From contig JAIPGG010000004.1 in NCBI GenBank assembly GCA_021736255.1, forward strand, positions 3,747 through 67,746: a stretch of DNA of 64,000 bases, in the 5' to 3' direction. The first letter of the stretch is position 1. The number at the start of each line of letters is the position of its first letter. The notes under the pieces were generated by a model, which was given only the letters and a program-made list of their open reading frames with translations, was not told where the DNA came from and made no database searches. Both the position numbers and the translations under genes were made by a program. This document shows, piece after piece, positions 52,644 to 62,526 of the stretch. The stretch is from Spirochaetales bacterium (lineage in GTDB: Bacteria > Spirochaetota > Spirochaetia > JAIPGG01).

Positions 52644-53477
52644 TTATCCGAATCTTCCGCTGATATAATCGGTTGTTTGTTTTTTGGAAGGATTGAGAAA
52701 TATTTTTTCAGTCGTATCAAACTCTTCGAGGGAACCGTTCAGAAAAAACGCGGAATAGTCTCCCACTCTACCTGCCTGCTGCATATTGTGGGTAACAATA
52801 ACGACGGTATAATTTTCTTTCAATTCGTAAATAAGGTCCTCGATATATGTCGTCGCAATCGGGTCGAGAGCCGATGCAGGTTCATCCATGAGAATAACCT
52901 CGGGCTCGACGGCGATCGCTCTGGCTATACACAATCGCTGCTGCTGTCCTCCGGAGAGGGACAGGGCGTTTTTATGAAGACGATCCTTTACCTCATCGAA
53001 AAGAGCCGCTTTTTTGAGACTGGTCTCTACGATTTCTTCCAGGCTGCTTTTGTTCCTTACTCCGTGCATTTTCGGACCATAGGCTACATTGTCAAAGATA
53101 GTTTTCGGAAACGGATTCGGCTGCTGAAACACCATTCCTACATGACGGCGCAATCGTACCGGGTCGATTTCTTTCGCATAAATATCCACCCCATCGAGCA
53201 GAACTTTGCCCTCCACTCTGGTTCCTTCGATTAAGTCGTTCATTCGATTAAAACACCGCAGCATGGTGGATTTCCCGCAGCCGCTGGGGCCGATAATCGA
53301 GGTAACCTTGTTTTTATAGATGTGCATATCGACATCGATCAGTGCTTGGGTGGAGCCGTAATAAAAATTCAGTTTGTTTACTTCTATAACCGACTCGAGC
53401 TTTGTTTCTTGTGTTTGTTCCGTCCCGTTTTTTTCTTCCCGGGTATTAAGTGCACCTGAACCATCAATCTCAATCAC
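52644..53477 (-). CDS. pstB: phosphate ABC transporter ATP-binding protein
   Basis: [22 protein letters not shown], and a typical PstB C-terminus ending YISGRFG. Confidence 0.92.
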   Translation of the reverse strand: MIEIDGSGALNTREEKNGTEQTQETKLESVIEVNKLNFYYGSTQALIDVDMHIYKNKVTSIIGPSGCGKSTMLRCFNRMNDLIEGTRVEGKVLLDGVDIYAKEIDPVRLRRHVGMVFQQPNPFPKTIFDNVAYGPKMHGVRNKSSLEEIVETSLKKAALFDEVKDRLHKNALSLSGGQQQRLCIARAIAVEPEVILMDEPASALDPIATTYIEDLIYELKENYTVVIVTHNMQQAGRVGDYSAFFLNGSLEEFDTTEKIFLNPSKKQTTDYISGRFG

Positions 53478-53489
53478 GATGTACTCCTG

Positions 53490-54386
53490 TTACTTCTTGT
53501 TCTTGTAGTATTTATTTCGAGCATAAACAGCAATTCCATTCATTGTCAGTATTACCAGCAGTAAAACAACGATAGCAGCCGGTAGAACCCCGTGTTGAAA
53601 CTCCGACTTCGGAAAATCCGACCAGGCGTAAATCTGCAGGGGCATTGCGCTGAAAGAGCTGAGCAGACCGTGGGGAGGCGAAAAGATCGTGGTAGCCGCA
53701 CCGATCATAATCAGAGGAGCGGTTTCCCCTATGGCATTAGCCAGGGAGATAATTGTCCCGGTCATAATTCCCGGAAATGCCTCCGGGAGAACAATACTGC
53801 GGATCATCTGCCACTTGGTGGCCCCGAGGCCCAAGGCTGCCTGCCTTTGCAGGTCGGGTACAGCACGTATCGCCTCCTGAGAGGAAACGATCACGATAGG
53901 AAGCACCCGGAGTGTCAGGGTAAAGGCCCCGACCAAGACGACCCCGTGAGGAAGCCCGAGAGTGCCCACAAAAAGTCCAAGCCCCAAAAGGCCGTAAACA
54001 ATAGAGGGAACACCTGCCAGGTTTGCAATGTTCGTCTGAAGGAACCTCTGAATAAAATTTTTCCGCGAATACTCCTCCAGATATACCGCAGCTCCCACCC
54101 CAAGAGGGAGAGCGAAAAGGGCTACCAGGGCAACGACAAAGGCCGAACCGAGTATCGCCGGATAGTACCCGGCTTTTTCCGCAAAACGTGAGGGGGTGCT
54201 GGTAAGAAACTGGAGATCCAACCATCCTGCCGCCTCGGTAAAAACATAAGCGAGAAGGACGGCGAGGGAAACGATCCCAATCAATGTTGCAAGAACAGCA
54301 ACTATCTTGAAACCGAACTCTTTCTTGTGTTCCTTTCCAATGTTGTCTTTTTCCGCTGTTCCGCTCAGATAATCTAATGTACTCAT
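53490..54386 (-). CDS. pstA: phosphate ABC transporter permease PstA
   Basis: Polytopic with an EAA-type loop. Its position is between pstC and pstB. Confidence 0.9.
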   Translation of the reverse strand: MSTLDYLSGTAEKDNIGKEHKKEFGFKIVAVLATLIGIVSLAVLLAYVFTEAAGWLDLQFLTSTPSRFAEKAGYYPAILGSAFVVALVALFALPLGVGAAVYLEEYSRKNFIQRFLQTNIANLAGVPSIVYGLLGLGLFVGTLGLPHGVVLVGAFTLTLRVLPIVIVSSQEAIRAVPDLQRQAALGLGATKWQMIRSIVLPEAFPGIMTGTIISLANAIGETAPLIMIGAATTIFSPPHGLLSSFSAMPLQIYAWSDFPKSEFQHGVLPAAIVVLLLVILTMNGIAVYARNKYYKNKK

Positions 54387-55354
54387 TATTCGTATTTCTC
54401 TCTGTATTTATTCTTAATACGCTGGCTCACCAGATTGAGAAGCATGGTCATAACAAAGAGTGTCAGCCCTACGGCGAACAGGCTCTTGTAGGCTACCGAG
54501 GTCCCTGTTACATCGCTCGTGCCTACCTCGACCATTGCCGACGTCATTGTCTGAACCGGCTGCAGAAAGGCCTCTTTCGGATTGAGCCAGTTTACTATTC
54601 TCGAAAGATTACCGGCGGCGATCGTAACCGCCATGGTCTCTCCGATCGCCCTGGATATACCCAGGATGAAAGAAGAGATAATACCGGACAAGGAGGCCGG
54701 GACCACTACCGTACTGGTTACCTGAAATTTCGTAATGCCCAGTCCATACCCTGCTTGCCGCAGACTGTTCGGAACCGCCCTCATTGCATCCTCGCTCAGA
54801 CTGGCTATGGTCGGAATAATCATAATACCGACCATTATAGAAGCGCTCAGCACATTAAATGTGGAAATCTCGGGAAATATCTTTTTCAAGAGCGGGGTGA
54901 CATAGATCAGAGCAAAATATCCATACACAACCGTCGGGATACCGGCAAGGACCTCGAGTGCCGGCTTGACGATTCTCCGAAAGCGTTCGCTTGCGTACTC
55001 ACTGAGGTAAATTGCAGCCAGCACACCGATCGGTATGGCAACCAGAGCAGTTAGAAAGGTAAATGTGAGTGTACCGCTGATAATCGGAAGGACACCGAAC
55101 TCTATCGGCTTTATAACCGGACTCCAGCGGGTAGATGTGAAGAATTCTACTATAGAGACCTGGCTGAAGAAATCAACAGAATCAGCAAAGAGGACAACAA
55201 CAATACCGACAGTAGTAATAATCGATACAAGGGCGGTGGCAAAAAACACCCCGCGTACGGAGTTCTCTTTCAAGTCGGCTCGAAATTCTTTGTGCAAGCT
55301 CTTTGGCGTTGCCATCTTTTCCACCTTGCTCAGTCTGCTGTTTTTTTCCATCAC
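54386..55354 (-). CDS. pstC: phosphate ABC transporter permease PstC
   Basis: Polytopic, following pstS. The stop and next start overlap by 1 nt. Confidence 0.9.
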   Translation of the reverse strand: MMEKNSRLSKVEKMATPKSLHKEFRADLKENSVRGVFFATALVSIITTVGIVVVLFADSVDFFSQVSIVEFFTSTRWSPVIKPIEFGVLPIISGTLTFTFLTALVAIPIGVLAAIYLSEYASERFRRIVKPALEVLAGIPTVVYGYFALIYVTPLLKKIFPEISTFNVLSASIMVGIMIIPTIASLSEDAMRAVPNSLRQAGYGLGITKFQVTSTVVVPASLSGIISSFILGISRAIGETMAVTIAAGNLSRIVNWLNPKEAFLQPVQTMTSAMVEVGTSDVTGTSVAYKSLFAVGLTLFVMTMLLNLVSQRIKNKYREKYE

Positions 55355-55361
55355 GAAAACA

Positions 55362-55387
55362 GGGAGAATACCCGAAGGTATTCTCCC
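55362..55387 (-). promoter_or_regulatory. perfect intercistronic hairpin between pstS and pstC
   Basis: GGGAGAATACC-CGAA-GGTATTCTCCC, an 11-bp perfect stem with only a weak T-run after it on the minus strand. Confidence 0.5.
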
Positions 55388-55448
55388 GAATTATTCAATG
55401 TTTTGTCAATCAAAAGATTTCAGTTTTTTTTGTAATCAGGTTTTCTTC

Positions 55449-56408
55449 TCATTCAACACCCAGATCCGCAAGAGCAGACTCGAATTTCTCCATCTGGGCG
55501 GCCTTGTCGGTGGAGGTCATGGGCACATACCCTATCTGCGAAATGATCTCCGTATCGATCCGCTCGAGATAAAAGCGCACGAACTCGCGAACCTCAGGGC
55601 GCTCGAGGGAATCCTTCCGTACATAGATGAACAGAGGGCGGGATAGCGGGCTGTATTCACCTGATTTAGCGGTCTCTAGGGAAGGCATTACACCGTTTAC
55701 CGACAGGGCCTTTACCTTATCCTTGTTTTCGAGATAGTAGGCCATGCCAAAATAGCCGAGGGCCGTCTCGGATCCGGACACCGCCTGAACAATGGTGTTA
55801 TCCTGTTCGGTTCCCTGATAATCGGAGCGGGAAGCGCCCTCTTCACCGACAATCTCTTCGGTAAAATAAGCGAAGGTCCCCGAAGCGCCGGTAGGCCCGT
55901 AGAGTTCGAACTCTGCATCAGGCCAATTGGAATCAACATCACTCCACTTCTGAGCCGGGTTTTCCGGGCGCCAGATCTGTGCAAGCTGCTTTACAGTGAT
56001 GTTGTCTACAGGATTGTTTTTGTTCACAGCGATGGTAATGGCATCGGTCCCTACCTGGAACTCGAGTGCGGTAACACCGCTTTCTTCGAGTTGAGCCACC
56101 TCGCTGTCTTTGATCTTCCGGCTGGCATCGTTGATCACAGTCTTGCCGGGGATGAAAAAATTGTTGAATCCCCCGCCGGTCCCGGTGGACTGGACAGGAA
56201 TCTCAACATCGGGGTGCACCCTGCTGAACTCTTCGGCCATGGCCATACTTACCGGATAGACCGTGCTGCTGCCTGCAATCTTGATCGAACCTGATAGTTT
56301 CTGTGTTTCTCCTGTTGCTTCACCGCTCGCCTCTTCCTGGGATCCGCCGGCAAAGGAAAATGCCGGAACGAGCAGCGCAATAAAAAGGATCGCTATAACC
56401 TTTCTCAT
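55449..56408 (-). CDS. pstS: phosphate ABC transporter substrate-binding protein
   Basis: Start reassigned to MRKVIAILFIALLVPAFSFA (RBS AGGAG). GSSTVYP and TGTGGGF motifs. Confidence 0.9.
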   Translation of the reverse strand: MRKVIAILFIALLVPAFSFAGGSQEEASGEATGETQKLSGSIKIAGSSTVYPVSMAMAEEFSRVHPDVEIPVQSTGTGGGFNNFFIPGKTVINDASRKIKDSEVAQLEESGVTALEFQVGTDAITIAVNKNNPVDNITVKQLAQIWRPENPAQKWSDVDSNWPDAEFELYGPTGASGTFAYFTEEIVGEEGASRSDYQGTEQDNTIVQAVSGSETALGYFGMAYYLENKDKVKALSVNGVMPSLETAKSGEYSPLSRPLFIYVRKDSLERPEVREFVRFYLERIDTEIISQIGYVPMTSTDKAAQMEKFESALADLGVE

Positions 56409-56479
56409 TTCTAATCTCCTTTTGGAAGTATTTAACATGCACAAGATGCCCTTGTTTTGTTAAAAACCTGCATTGATCC

Positions 56480-56534
56480 TGTTAGAAAACTCTTATATTT
56501 TGGTTCAGATATTGTTAGGATTGTGTTATAATCC
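56480..56534 (-). promoter_or_regulatory. candidate Pho-box array (five 11-bp-phased direct repeats)
   Basis: On the plus strand: TGTTAGAAAAC, TCTTATATTTT, GGTTCAGATAT, TGTTAGGATTG, TGTTATAATCC. On the pstS strand these read (C/A)TAACA, resembling PhoP/PhoB TTAACA-type half-sites spaced 11 bp apart. Confidence 0.45.
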
Positions 56535-56723
56535 TTCTAGCAGTGATTCGAAACAGACGGTACGGCACGAAATTCACAGGGACAGACCCTAGTCGACAAA
56601 AAATCTTAACCAATACCTAAAAGAATACTAACATTCTGCAAATGCAAAACGTGTTTTAATACAATGATTTTATCCGGATAACCCGGCAATTACCGGCATC
56701 AAAGAGGGGGACAGGAGGTTTAA

Positions 56724-57380
56724 ATGCCTAATCGACAACATTATCAAGAAAAACTCGACACACTCCACCAGGAAATTCTTCGGCTCAGCACCTATGTTGA
56801 GGAACTTCACAGAAAGGGTCTGGAAGCCTTAATGAATCAGGATTACAAAACGGCCGAAGAGGTTATCCAGGAAGATACGAAAATCAACGACCTCCAACTC
56901 AGAATAGAAAATGAATGCGCCAATCTTATCGCTATCGAGCAGCCGGTAGGGCAGGATCTCCGTTTCATTGTTACTGCGCTAAAAATCGTTTCCAATCTTG
57001 AACGCATCGGCGATCATGCCGTGCATCTCGGGCGCCATACGAAGCGCTTGTACAACCAATCATTCATGATTTCCATGGCACCGATCAATGAGATGGCGAG
57101 TATAGGTCTGGAGATGATGCAGAGCAGCATCAAGGCTCTTCTCGAAGGTGATGCTGATTCCGCACGCAAAATCTCAGCACGAGATGACGAAATCGACGAA
57201 ATCCATGGCCGGTTCATGAAAGAGCTTATTAATAAAATGCAGGAAAACCCCCAAACCATCGAACAGGGAATTTCTCTCCTGCTCATTGCCAGATTTATGG
57301 AACGGATGGGAGACCATGTAACCAATATTTGCGAATGGATAGTCTATGCAATAGAAAGTGAGCATGTTGAATTGAATTAA
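56724..57380 (+). CDS. phoU: phosphate signalling modulator PhoU
   Basis: Two PhoU repeats with ERIGDHA and ERMGDHV motifs. RBS AGGAGG. Confidence 0.9.
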   Translation: MPNRQHYQEKLDTLHQEILRLSTYVEELHRKGLEALMNQDYKTAEEVIQEDTKINDLQLRIENECANLIAIEQPVGQDLRFIVTALKIVSNLERIGDHAVHLGRHTKRLYNQSFMISMAPINEMASIGLEMMQSSIKALLEGDADSARKISARDDEIDEIHGRFMKELINKMQENPQTIEQGISLLLIARFMERMGDHVTNICEWIVYAIESEHVELN

Positions 57381-57395
57381 AGAGGAATAGAAGCA

Positions 57396-58115
57396 ATGGC
57401 CAGAGAAACCATCCTTGTTGTTGATGATGAATCAGATATCCTCGAACTCGTTCGATTCAACCTGGAACGCGAGGGATACACGGTTATAACCAAAACAACC
57501 GGAGAAGACGCGTTATCGGATATTTCTCAGAACATGCCCGACTTAATTGTTCTCGACATCATGCTCCCTGGTATAGACGGGCTGGATGTGGCAAGACAAC
57601 TCAAACAGAAAACCGAGACCCGGTCCGTACCTATCCTGATGCTGACGGCAAAGAATGAGGACAGCGATGTAATCACCGGCCTCGAACTCGGAGCTGATGA
57701 TTATATTGCCAAGCCCTTCAGCCCGAAGGTTCTGATAGCCCGCATCCGTGCCATCCTGCGAAAGACAGGTTCTCTTCCCGAAGAAGAAATGCATGAAGAA
57801 CGGATTACTGCTGGAGAAATCGAGGTCGACATTTCCCGTCACGAGGTTAAGTGCAACAACAAGATTATCAACCTTTCGGCTACCGAATTCTCAGTTCTCG
57901 AGTTCCTGTCCAGGAACCCCGGTTGGGTCTTTTCCCGGAACCAAATCATCAACGGGGTTAAGGGAAAAGACTACCCGGTTACCGAACGCTCGGTAGATGT
58001 TCAGATACTTGGTTTACGAAAAAAACTCGGGTCTTGCGGCCACTATATCCAGACCGTCCGCGGAGTCGGTTACCGCTTGGATGCTGAACCGTCTTCTTCC
58101 GGGCAGAAGAGTTGA
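57396..58115 (+). CDS. OmpR/PhoB-family response regulator
   Basis: Receiver (DLIVLDIMLPGIDG) plus a winged-helix output domain (TVRGVGYRL). It follows phoU directly. Confidence 0.85.
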   Translation: MARETILVVDDESDILELVRFNLEREGYTVITKTTGEDALSDISQNMPDLIVLDIMLPGIDGLDVARQLKQKTETRSVPILMLTAKNEDSDVITGLELGADDYIAKPFSPKVLIARIRAILRKTGSLPEEEMHEERITAGEIEVDISRHEVKCNNKIINLSATEFSVLEFLSRNPGWVFSRNQIINGVKGKDYPVTERSVDVQILGLRKKLGSCGHYIQTVRGVGYRLDAEPSSSGQKS

Positions 58116-59006
58116 TCAGCCGCCTTTCGAATCCGGTAAAGCTTCCGCACATTCGGCGAGAAAATTCCCGGGTATCTTTATCGGCCTGCCGGTATAACGA
58201 TCCACCCACACCCACAAAGACGAGGCCCTGGCCAGAACCGCTCCATCAGATATTCGATGTATCTGAAAATCCCGCTCCGCCTTGATCCCCCGGGCATACC
58301 TAACCCACGTGGTAACACCAAGCGTATCTCCGAGAAATGCCGGCTGAAGATAATCGATCTGATAGCTCCGGGCTACTATGAGAAATCCTTCATCGATCAT
58401 CCGCTGTACCGGCCACCCGAAGGCAGCACATTGGCGCAGAGCACTCTCTTCCATGTAGGAAACGTAAACGGCATTGTTCACATGCCATTCCGTATCAATA
58501 TCCCGGTGCTCCACCTGTCGCTCAATTGAAAAGGCTATCCTGTCTGAAAGAGAACCGACCTCCCGCTCCACCTTAGGCGGCTTGTACGCATCCTTTCTGT
58601 TTACCTCGCCTCCGAGAAATGCATCGACAACATCCTTGGGACAGGGTTTGGGGCGGTTCCGGGCAAGATCCATATAAATCCATTCGGTCTCCGCACGGGA
58701 TGCGGTACGCCCCTGTTCGTCGATAAACTCATAGCGGCGGTAGGCACCCGGTCCGCGGAAGGCTTCCACCCAGGTTCGTACTCGTACTGTCTTGCGCATT
58801 TCGAGAGGGATTAGGTAATCAATAGAACTTCTCCTGATTACCCACCCCTCTTCCCGCTCCATATAGGCTTCCCTGGTAAGCCCCAATGCTGCTGATGCTT
58901 CCATGGCTGATTCCTGCATATAACGGAAGTATCCAGCATGGTTCAGATGTCCGAAGACATCACACTGATAGTGTCGTACTCGAAAGGGTTCTTCATGGAT
59001 GTTCAC
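58116..59006 (-). CDS. tandem hotdog-fold acyl-CoA thioesterase (4HBT/YbgC-like)
   Basis: Two repeats with a D-x-x-G-H-L/V-N-N/H pattern (CDVFGHLNHAGY and DIDTEWHVNNAVY). The ORF-track start 59174 overlaps the upstream gene. GTG 59006, with GGAG upstream, is preferred but uncertain. Confidence 0.6.
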   Translation of the reverse strand: MNIHEEPFRVRHYQCDVFGHLNHAGYFRYMQESAMEASAALGLTREAYMEREEGWVIRRSSIDYLIPLEMRKTVRVRTWVEAFRGPGAYRRYEFIDEQGRTASRAETEWIYMDLARNRPKPCPKDVVDAFLGGEVNRKDAYKPPKVEREVGSLSDRIAFSIERQVEHRDIDTEWHVNNAVYVSYMEESALRQCAAFGWPVQRMIDEGFLIVARSYQIDYLQPAFLGDTLGVTTWVRYARGIKAERDFQIHRISDGAVLARASSLWVWVDRYTGRPIKIPGNFLAECAEALPDSKGG

Positions 59007-59026
59007 GTATTTTGTTACTCCGTAGT

Positions 59027-60067
59027 TCAGCTTTCTCCACAGACATTGTTCTTGCCGCGCTGTTTTGATGTATACATCGCCCTGTCGGCACGTTCTATCC
59101 AGTGCTCTCGGCTTTCTCCGGAACGGAACTGAGCAACCCCCAGTGAAGCAGTTACATTCAGTCCCTCGATACAATCGGAGAGAGAGGTCTTCTCAATGGA
59201 TTCACGAAAACGCTCCGCAATAGTCAGGGCCTGATCATGCTCGGTCGTGGGAAGAACTATAATAAATTCCTCCCCACCGTAACGCCCAGCGTGATCGTAT
59301 TTACGCAGACCGGAGTTGAGGGTCCTGCCTATTGCCCGGATTGCCTGGTCACCGCATTGATGCCCGTATTCATCATTTATCCGTTTGAAATTGTCTATAT
59401 CCAGCATGATACAAGAAAGCGGCTGCTCATTACGAATAGCCCGTTCGATCTCCATATCCATCGCATTTATCAGGTTCATCCTGTTATAGAGTCCAGAAAG
59501 CATATCATACTTGGCAATGCGTTCCAGGTCACGATATGAAGCTTCGAGTTCTTCGTTGTTCTGATATACTTGTTGGTAAGCCTTTTTCAGTTGAAGGTTT
59601 TCATCCAATACCCTGGCAGACAGGTCCTGTTCTTTTCTTACGGCGTGCTTGAAGTATTCCCGCTCTTCGAAAAGGCTCTGCTGCCGCATATAGCGAATGC
59701 GGGCAGCCCGTACCCGGGCAACCAGTTCCATTGAAGAAAAGGGTTTTTTGATAAAGTCGTCGGCCCCTACAGACAAGCCCCGATGGAGGGAAGAGTCATC
59801 AGTATATCCCGAGACAAGCACGATCTGCAAAGGAGTTGTATAATATTTACTCCGGATATTCTTGCATACGGTAAAACCGTCTTCCGACTCAGGTCCGAGA
59901 TCGATATCCAGGAGTATCAATCTAATATTTTCTTCTTCCAGTATTCGACATGCAGAATCCGTTTCTCCGGCCGCCCAAATATTAAGCCCCTCATTTTCCA
60001 GCATTCTCTGCATGAGTACGCGTTCCTGTTCTTCATCATCCAGGATCATTATCTCAAAACCCGGCAT
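59027..60067 (-). CDS. response-regulator receiver fused to GGDEF diguanylate cyclase
   Basis: Receiver (LILLDIDL), a coiled linker, the GGEEF active site, and RKYD (RxxD I-site) five residues upstream. Confidence 0.85.
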   Translation of the reverse strand: MPGFEIMILDDEEQERVLMQRMLENEGLNIWAAGETDSACRILEEENIRLILLDIDLGPESEDGFTVCKNIRSKYYTTPLQIVLVSGYTDDSSLHRGLSVGADDFIKKPFSSMELVARVRAARIRYMRQQSLFEEREYFKHAVRKEQDLSARVLDENLQLKKAYQQVYQNNEELEASYRDLERIAKYDMLSGLYNRMNLINAMDMEIERAIRNEQPLSCIMLDIDNFKRINDEYGHQCGDQAIRAIGRTLNSGLRKYDHAGRYGGEEFIIVLPTTEHDQALTIAERFRESIEKTSLSDCIEGLNVTASLGVAQFRSGESREHWIERADRAMYTSKQRGKNNVCGES

Positions 60068-60068
60068 A

Positions 60069-60452
60069 TCATTCCAGCTCCGCCGCTCGGACAGCCTTTT
60101 CTCGGGTTTCGAACAATTCTATAGAATCACCGAAGACCCATCCCTTCACCTCGTCATTCTCGACAAGGTACCAGTAATCACGAGTATCATTCATCTCATA
60201 AAGTCGCTGCGAAATAGCAAGAACCTCTGCTACACTGCCCTTGCGCATCATCCCAATCGTTTCGCTCGTATCCTCGGATGATCCACGGATCCGTAAATAG
60301 GGAACAGAAACGACCGCCCATAGATCCCGCTCGGAAAGCTGGGGCGTTTCCGGAAGTTTTAATTGTAATTCCTCCTCTTGTTTCGCACAGGCGGTTACGG
60401 AAAAAGAGATGACTGCGAGTATAATCACCATAAGAGACAAACCGAATCTCAC
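60069..60452 (-). CDS. SH3b-domain lipoprotein
   Basis: A GTG start (RBS AAGGAG) gives VRFGLSLMVIILAVISFSVTAC with a lipobox. The SH3_3-like segment is YLRIRGSSEDTSETIGMMRKGSVAEVL...GWVFG. Confidence 0.55.
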   Translation of the reverse strand: MRFGLSLMVIILAVISFSVTACAKQEEELQLKLPETPQLSERDLWAVVSVPYLRIRGSSEDTSETIGMMRKGSVAEVLAISQRLYEMNDTRDYWYLVENDEVKGWVFGDSIELFETREKAVRAAELE

Positions 60453-60459
60453 TACTGAA

Positions 60460-62499
60460 TCACTCCTTTCCAGATTTCTTTGTTCCCTGCTGCGGTGCTG
60501 CAGAACCATTCTGCTTGCCTTGATTTTTTATCCGTTCAATCTCATCCCGGATTACAGCCGCAGCTTCGAACTCGAGGTTTTTTGCCTTCTCCAGCATCTC
60601 TTTTTCCATTTCTTTGATGAGCTGATTCCTTTCTTTTGGTATTAGTATATTATAATGTTGTTCAAGAAGTTCAAGAGAAAATTCCTCATCTTTCCGCTTT
60701 TCTTCCTGTTTGCGGACGAGAATGTCCTTCACCGCTTTTTGTATGGTCTGAGGGGTTATTCCGTGTTCCTGGTTGTATTCAAGCTGTATCTGTCTTCTTC
60801 GTTCGGTTTCCCGGATAGCCTCCTGCATAGCATCCGTAGTCTTATCGGCATACATAACGACCATTCCGTTCACGTTTCGAGCCGCCCGTCCGATTGTCTG
60901 GATCAATGACGTGGATGAACGAAGAAAACCAATCTTGTCGGCATCGAGGATGGCCACCAGCGAAACCTCCGGCAGGTCGAGTCCTTCCCTCAGCAGATTG
61001 ATTCCCACCAGTATATCAAAATTCCCGAGACGAAGATCTCGCAGAATATCCACCCGCTCGATTGTTTCTACCTCCGAATGAAGATACCGTACTTTCAAAC
61101 CGAGTTCGGTAAAATAATCGGTGAGATCTTCCGCCATTTTTTTTGTCAGTGTTGTTACCAATACCCGTTCGTTGTCTTCTATACGGCTCCGGATTTCCCC
61201 GTACAGGTCTTCTATCTGCCCCTCCGTCGGCCGCACGCTTATCTTTGGATCGAGCAAACCCGTCGGACGAATGATTTGCTCTACCACCTCGCTCGACCTT
61301 TTTCTCTCCTGTGATCCAGGCGTTGCAGAAACATACACCACACGCCCGGTCAATTTATCGAATTCCTCATAGTAGAGGGGTCGGTTATCCAGAGCCGATG
61401 GAAGACGAAATCCATAATCAACCAGATTTCGTTTGCGGGACCGGTCCCCCTCATACATGGCACCTATCTGCGGCAGGCTAACATGGGATTCATCGATGAA
61501 GGTAAGAAAGCGATCGGGGAAATAATCGAGAAGAACTGCAGGCCTCTCCCCGGCAGACCGGCCGGACAGATGTCTGGAATAATTTTCGATACCGGAGCAG
61601 TACCCCATTTCCTCGAGCATCTCCAGGTCATACTCGGTTCTGGTTCTAAGCCTTTGCGCTTCCACCAGTTTCTTCTGAGCCGTCAATTCGGCGTGCCGCT
61701 CTTCCAGTTCTTCCCTGATACGATAAAGGGCCTGCTGGATTTCTTCTTCGGGCATCACAAAGTGTTTGGCAGGATAAATGGTGCACAAATCGAGTTCCTC
61801 GAGCACTTCTCCGCTTACCGGATGGATACGGGATATTCGTGAGACCACATCCCAGTCAGTTTCGATCCGGTAGGCGGTTTTCTGGTATGCCGGAAAGATG
61901 TCCATTACCTCGCCCTTGAGTCGAAACCCGCCCCGCTGTAGAATTGCATCATTCCGGTTGTACTGCAGGGTTATCAGTGTGTTCTTCACGAGTTGCAGGT
62001 CGAGCTCCTTGCCGACCTCGGCCTGTACGCGCATTTCCTTGAAGGCAGAGGGGTTTCCCAAACCATAAATACAGGAAACTGTGGCCACTACCAGCACATC
62101 CCTCCGTTCGAGAAGGGCCGCTGTCGCGGACAAACGCATCCGGTCGATCTCTTCGTTAATTGAGGCATCCTTTTCGATATAGAGGTCCCGGGAAGCAACA
62201 TAGGCCTCCGGCTGATAATAGTCATAATAGGAAACAAAATACTCTACGGCATTATCCGGAAAATATTCAGAAAACTCCCGGTAGAGCTGGGCGGCAAGGG
62301 TTTTGTTGTGAGATACCACCAGGGTAGGAAGCTGAAGCTCCTCGACAATTTTGGCCATGGTGTAGGTTTTCCCTGAACCTGTCACTCCCTTGAGAGTAAG
62401 GCGTTCGGATCCCTCCCGCAGGTGCCCGCTCAGGCGCTTAATAGCTTCTCCCTGATCCCCCGCCGGCTGATAATCTGAAACAACTCGGAACTTCCTCAT
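60460..62499 (-). CDS. uvrB: excinuclease ABC subunit B
   Basis: GVTGSGKT, DESH, and the C-terminal UVR domain (FEAAAVIRDEIERIK). Confidence 0.95.
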   Translation of the reverse strand: MRKFRVVSDYQPAGDQGEAIKRLSGHLREGSERLTLKGVTGSGKTYTMAKIVEELQLPTLVVSHNKTLAAQLYREFSEYFPDNAVEYFVSYYDYYQPEAYVASRDLYIEKDASINEEIDRMRLSATAALLERRDVLVVATVSCIYGLGNPSAFKEMRVQAEVGKELDLQLVKNTLITLQYNRNDAILQRGGFRLKGEVMDIFPAYQKTAYRIETDWDVVSRISRIHPVSGEVLEELDLCTIYPAKHFVMPEEEIQQALYRIREELEERHAELTAQKKLVEAQRLRTRTEYDLEMLEEMGYCSGIENYSRHLSGRSAGERPAVLLDYFPDRFLTFIDESHVSLPQIGAMYEGDRSRKRNLVDYGFRLPSALDNRPLYYEEFDKLTGRVVYVSATPGSQERKRSSEVVEQIIRPTGLLDPKISVRPTEGQIEDLYGEIRSRIEDNERVLVTTLTKKMAEDLTDYFTELGLKVRYLHSEVETIERVDILRDLRLGNFDILVGINLLREGLDLPEVSLVAILDADKIGFLRSSTSLIQTIGRAARNVNGMVVMYADKTTDAMQEAIRETERRRQIQLEYNQEHGITPQTIQKAVKDILVRKQEEKRKDEEFSLELLEQHYNILIPKERNQLIKEMEKEMLEKAKNLEFEAAAVIRDEIERIKNQGKQNGSAAPQQGTKKSGKE

Positions 62500-62526
62500 T
62501 ATTGATTGTTTACCGCTTTCACCTTT

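Noticed and set aside
59007-59174. The ATG-initiated N-terminal extension of the thioesterase ORF
   Set aside because: It overlaps the GGDEF gene by 148 nt and encodes Cys/Arg-rich sequence unlike a hotdog fold. GTG 59006, with an upstream GGAG, fits better.
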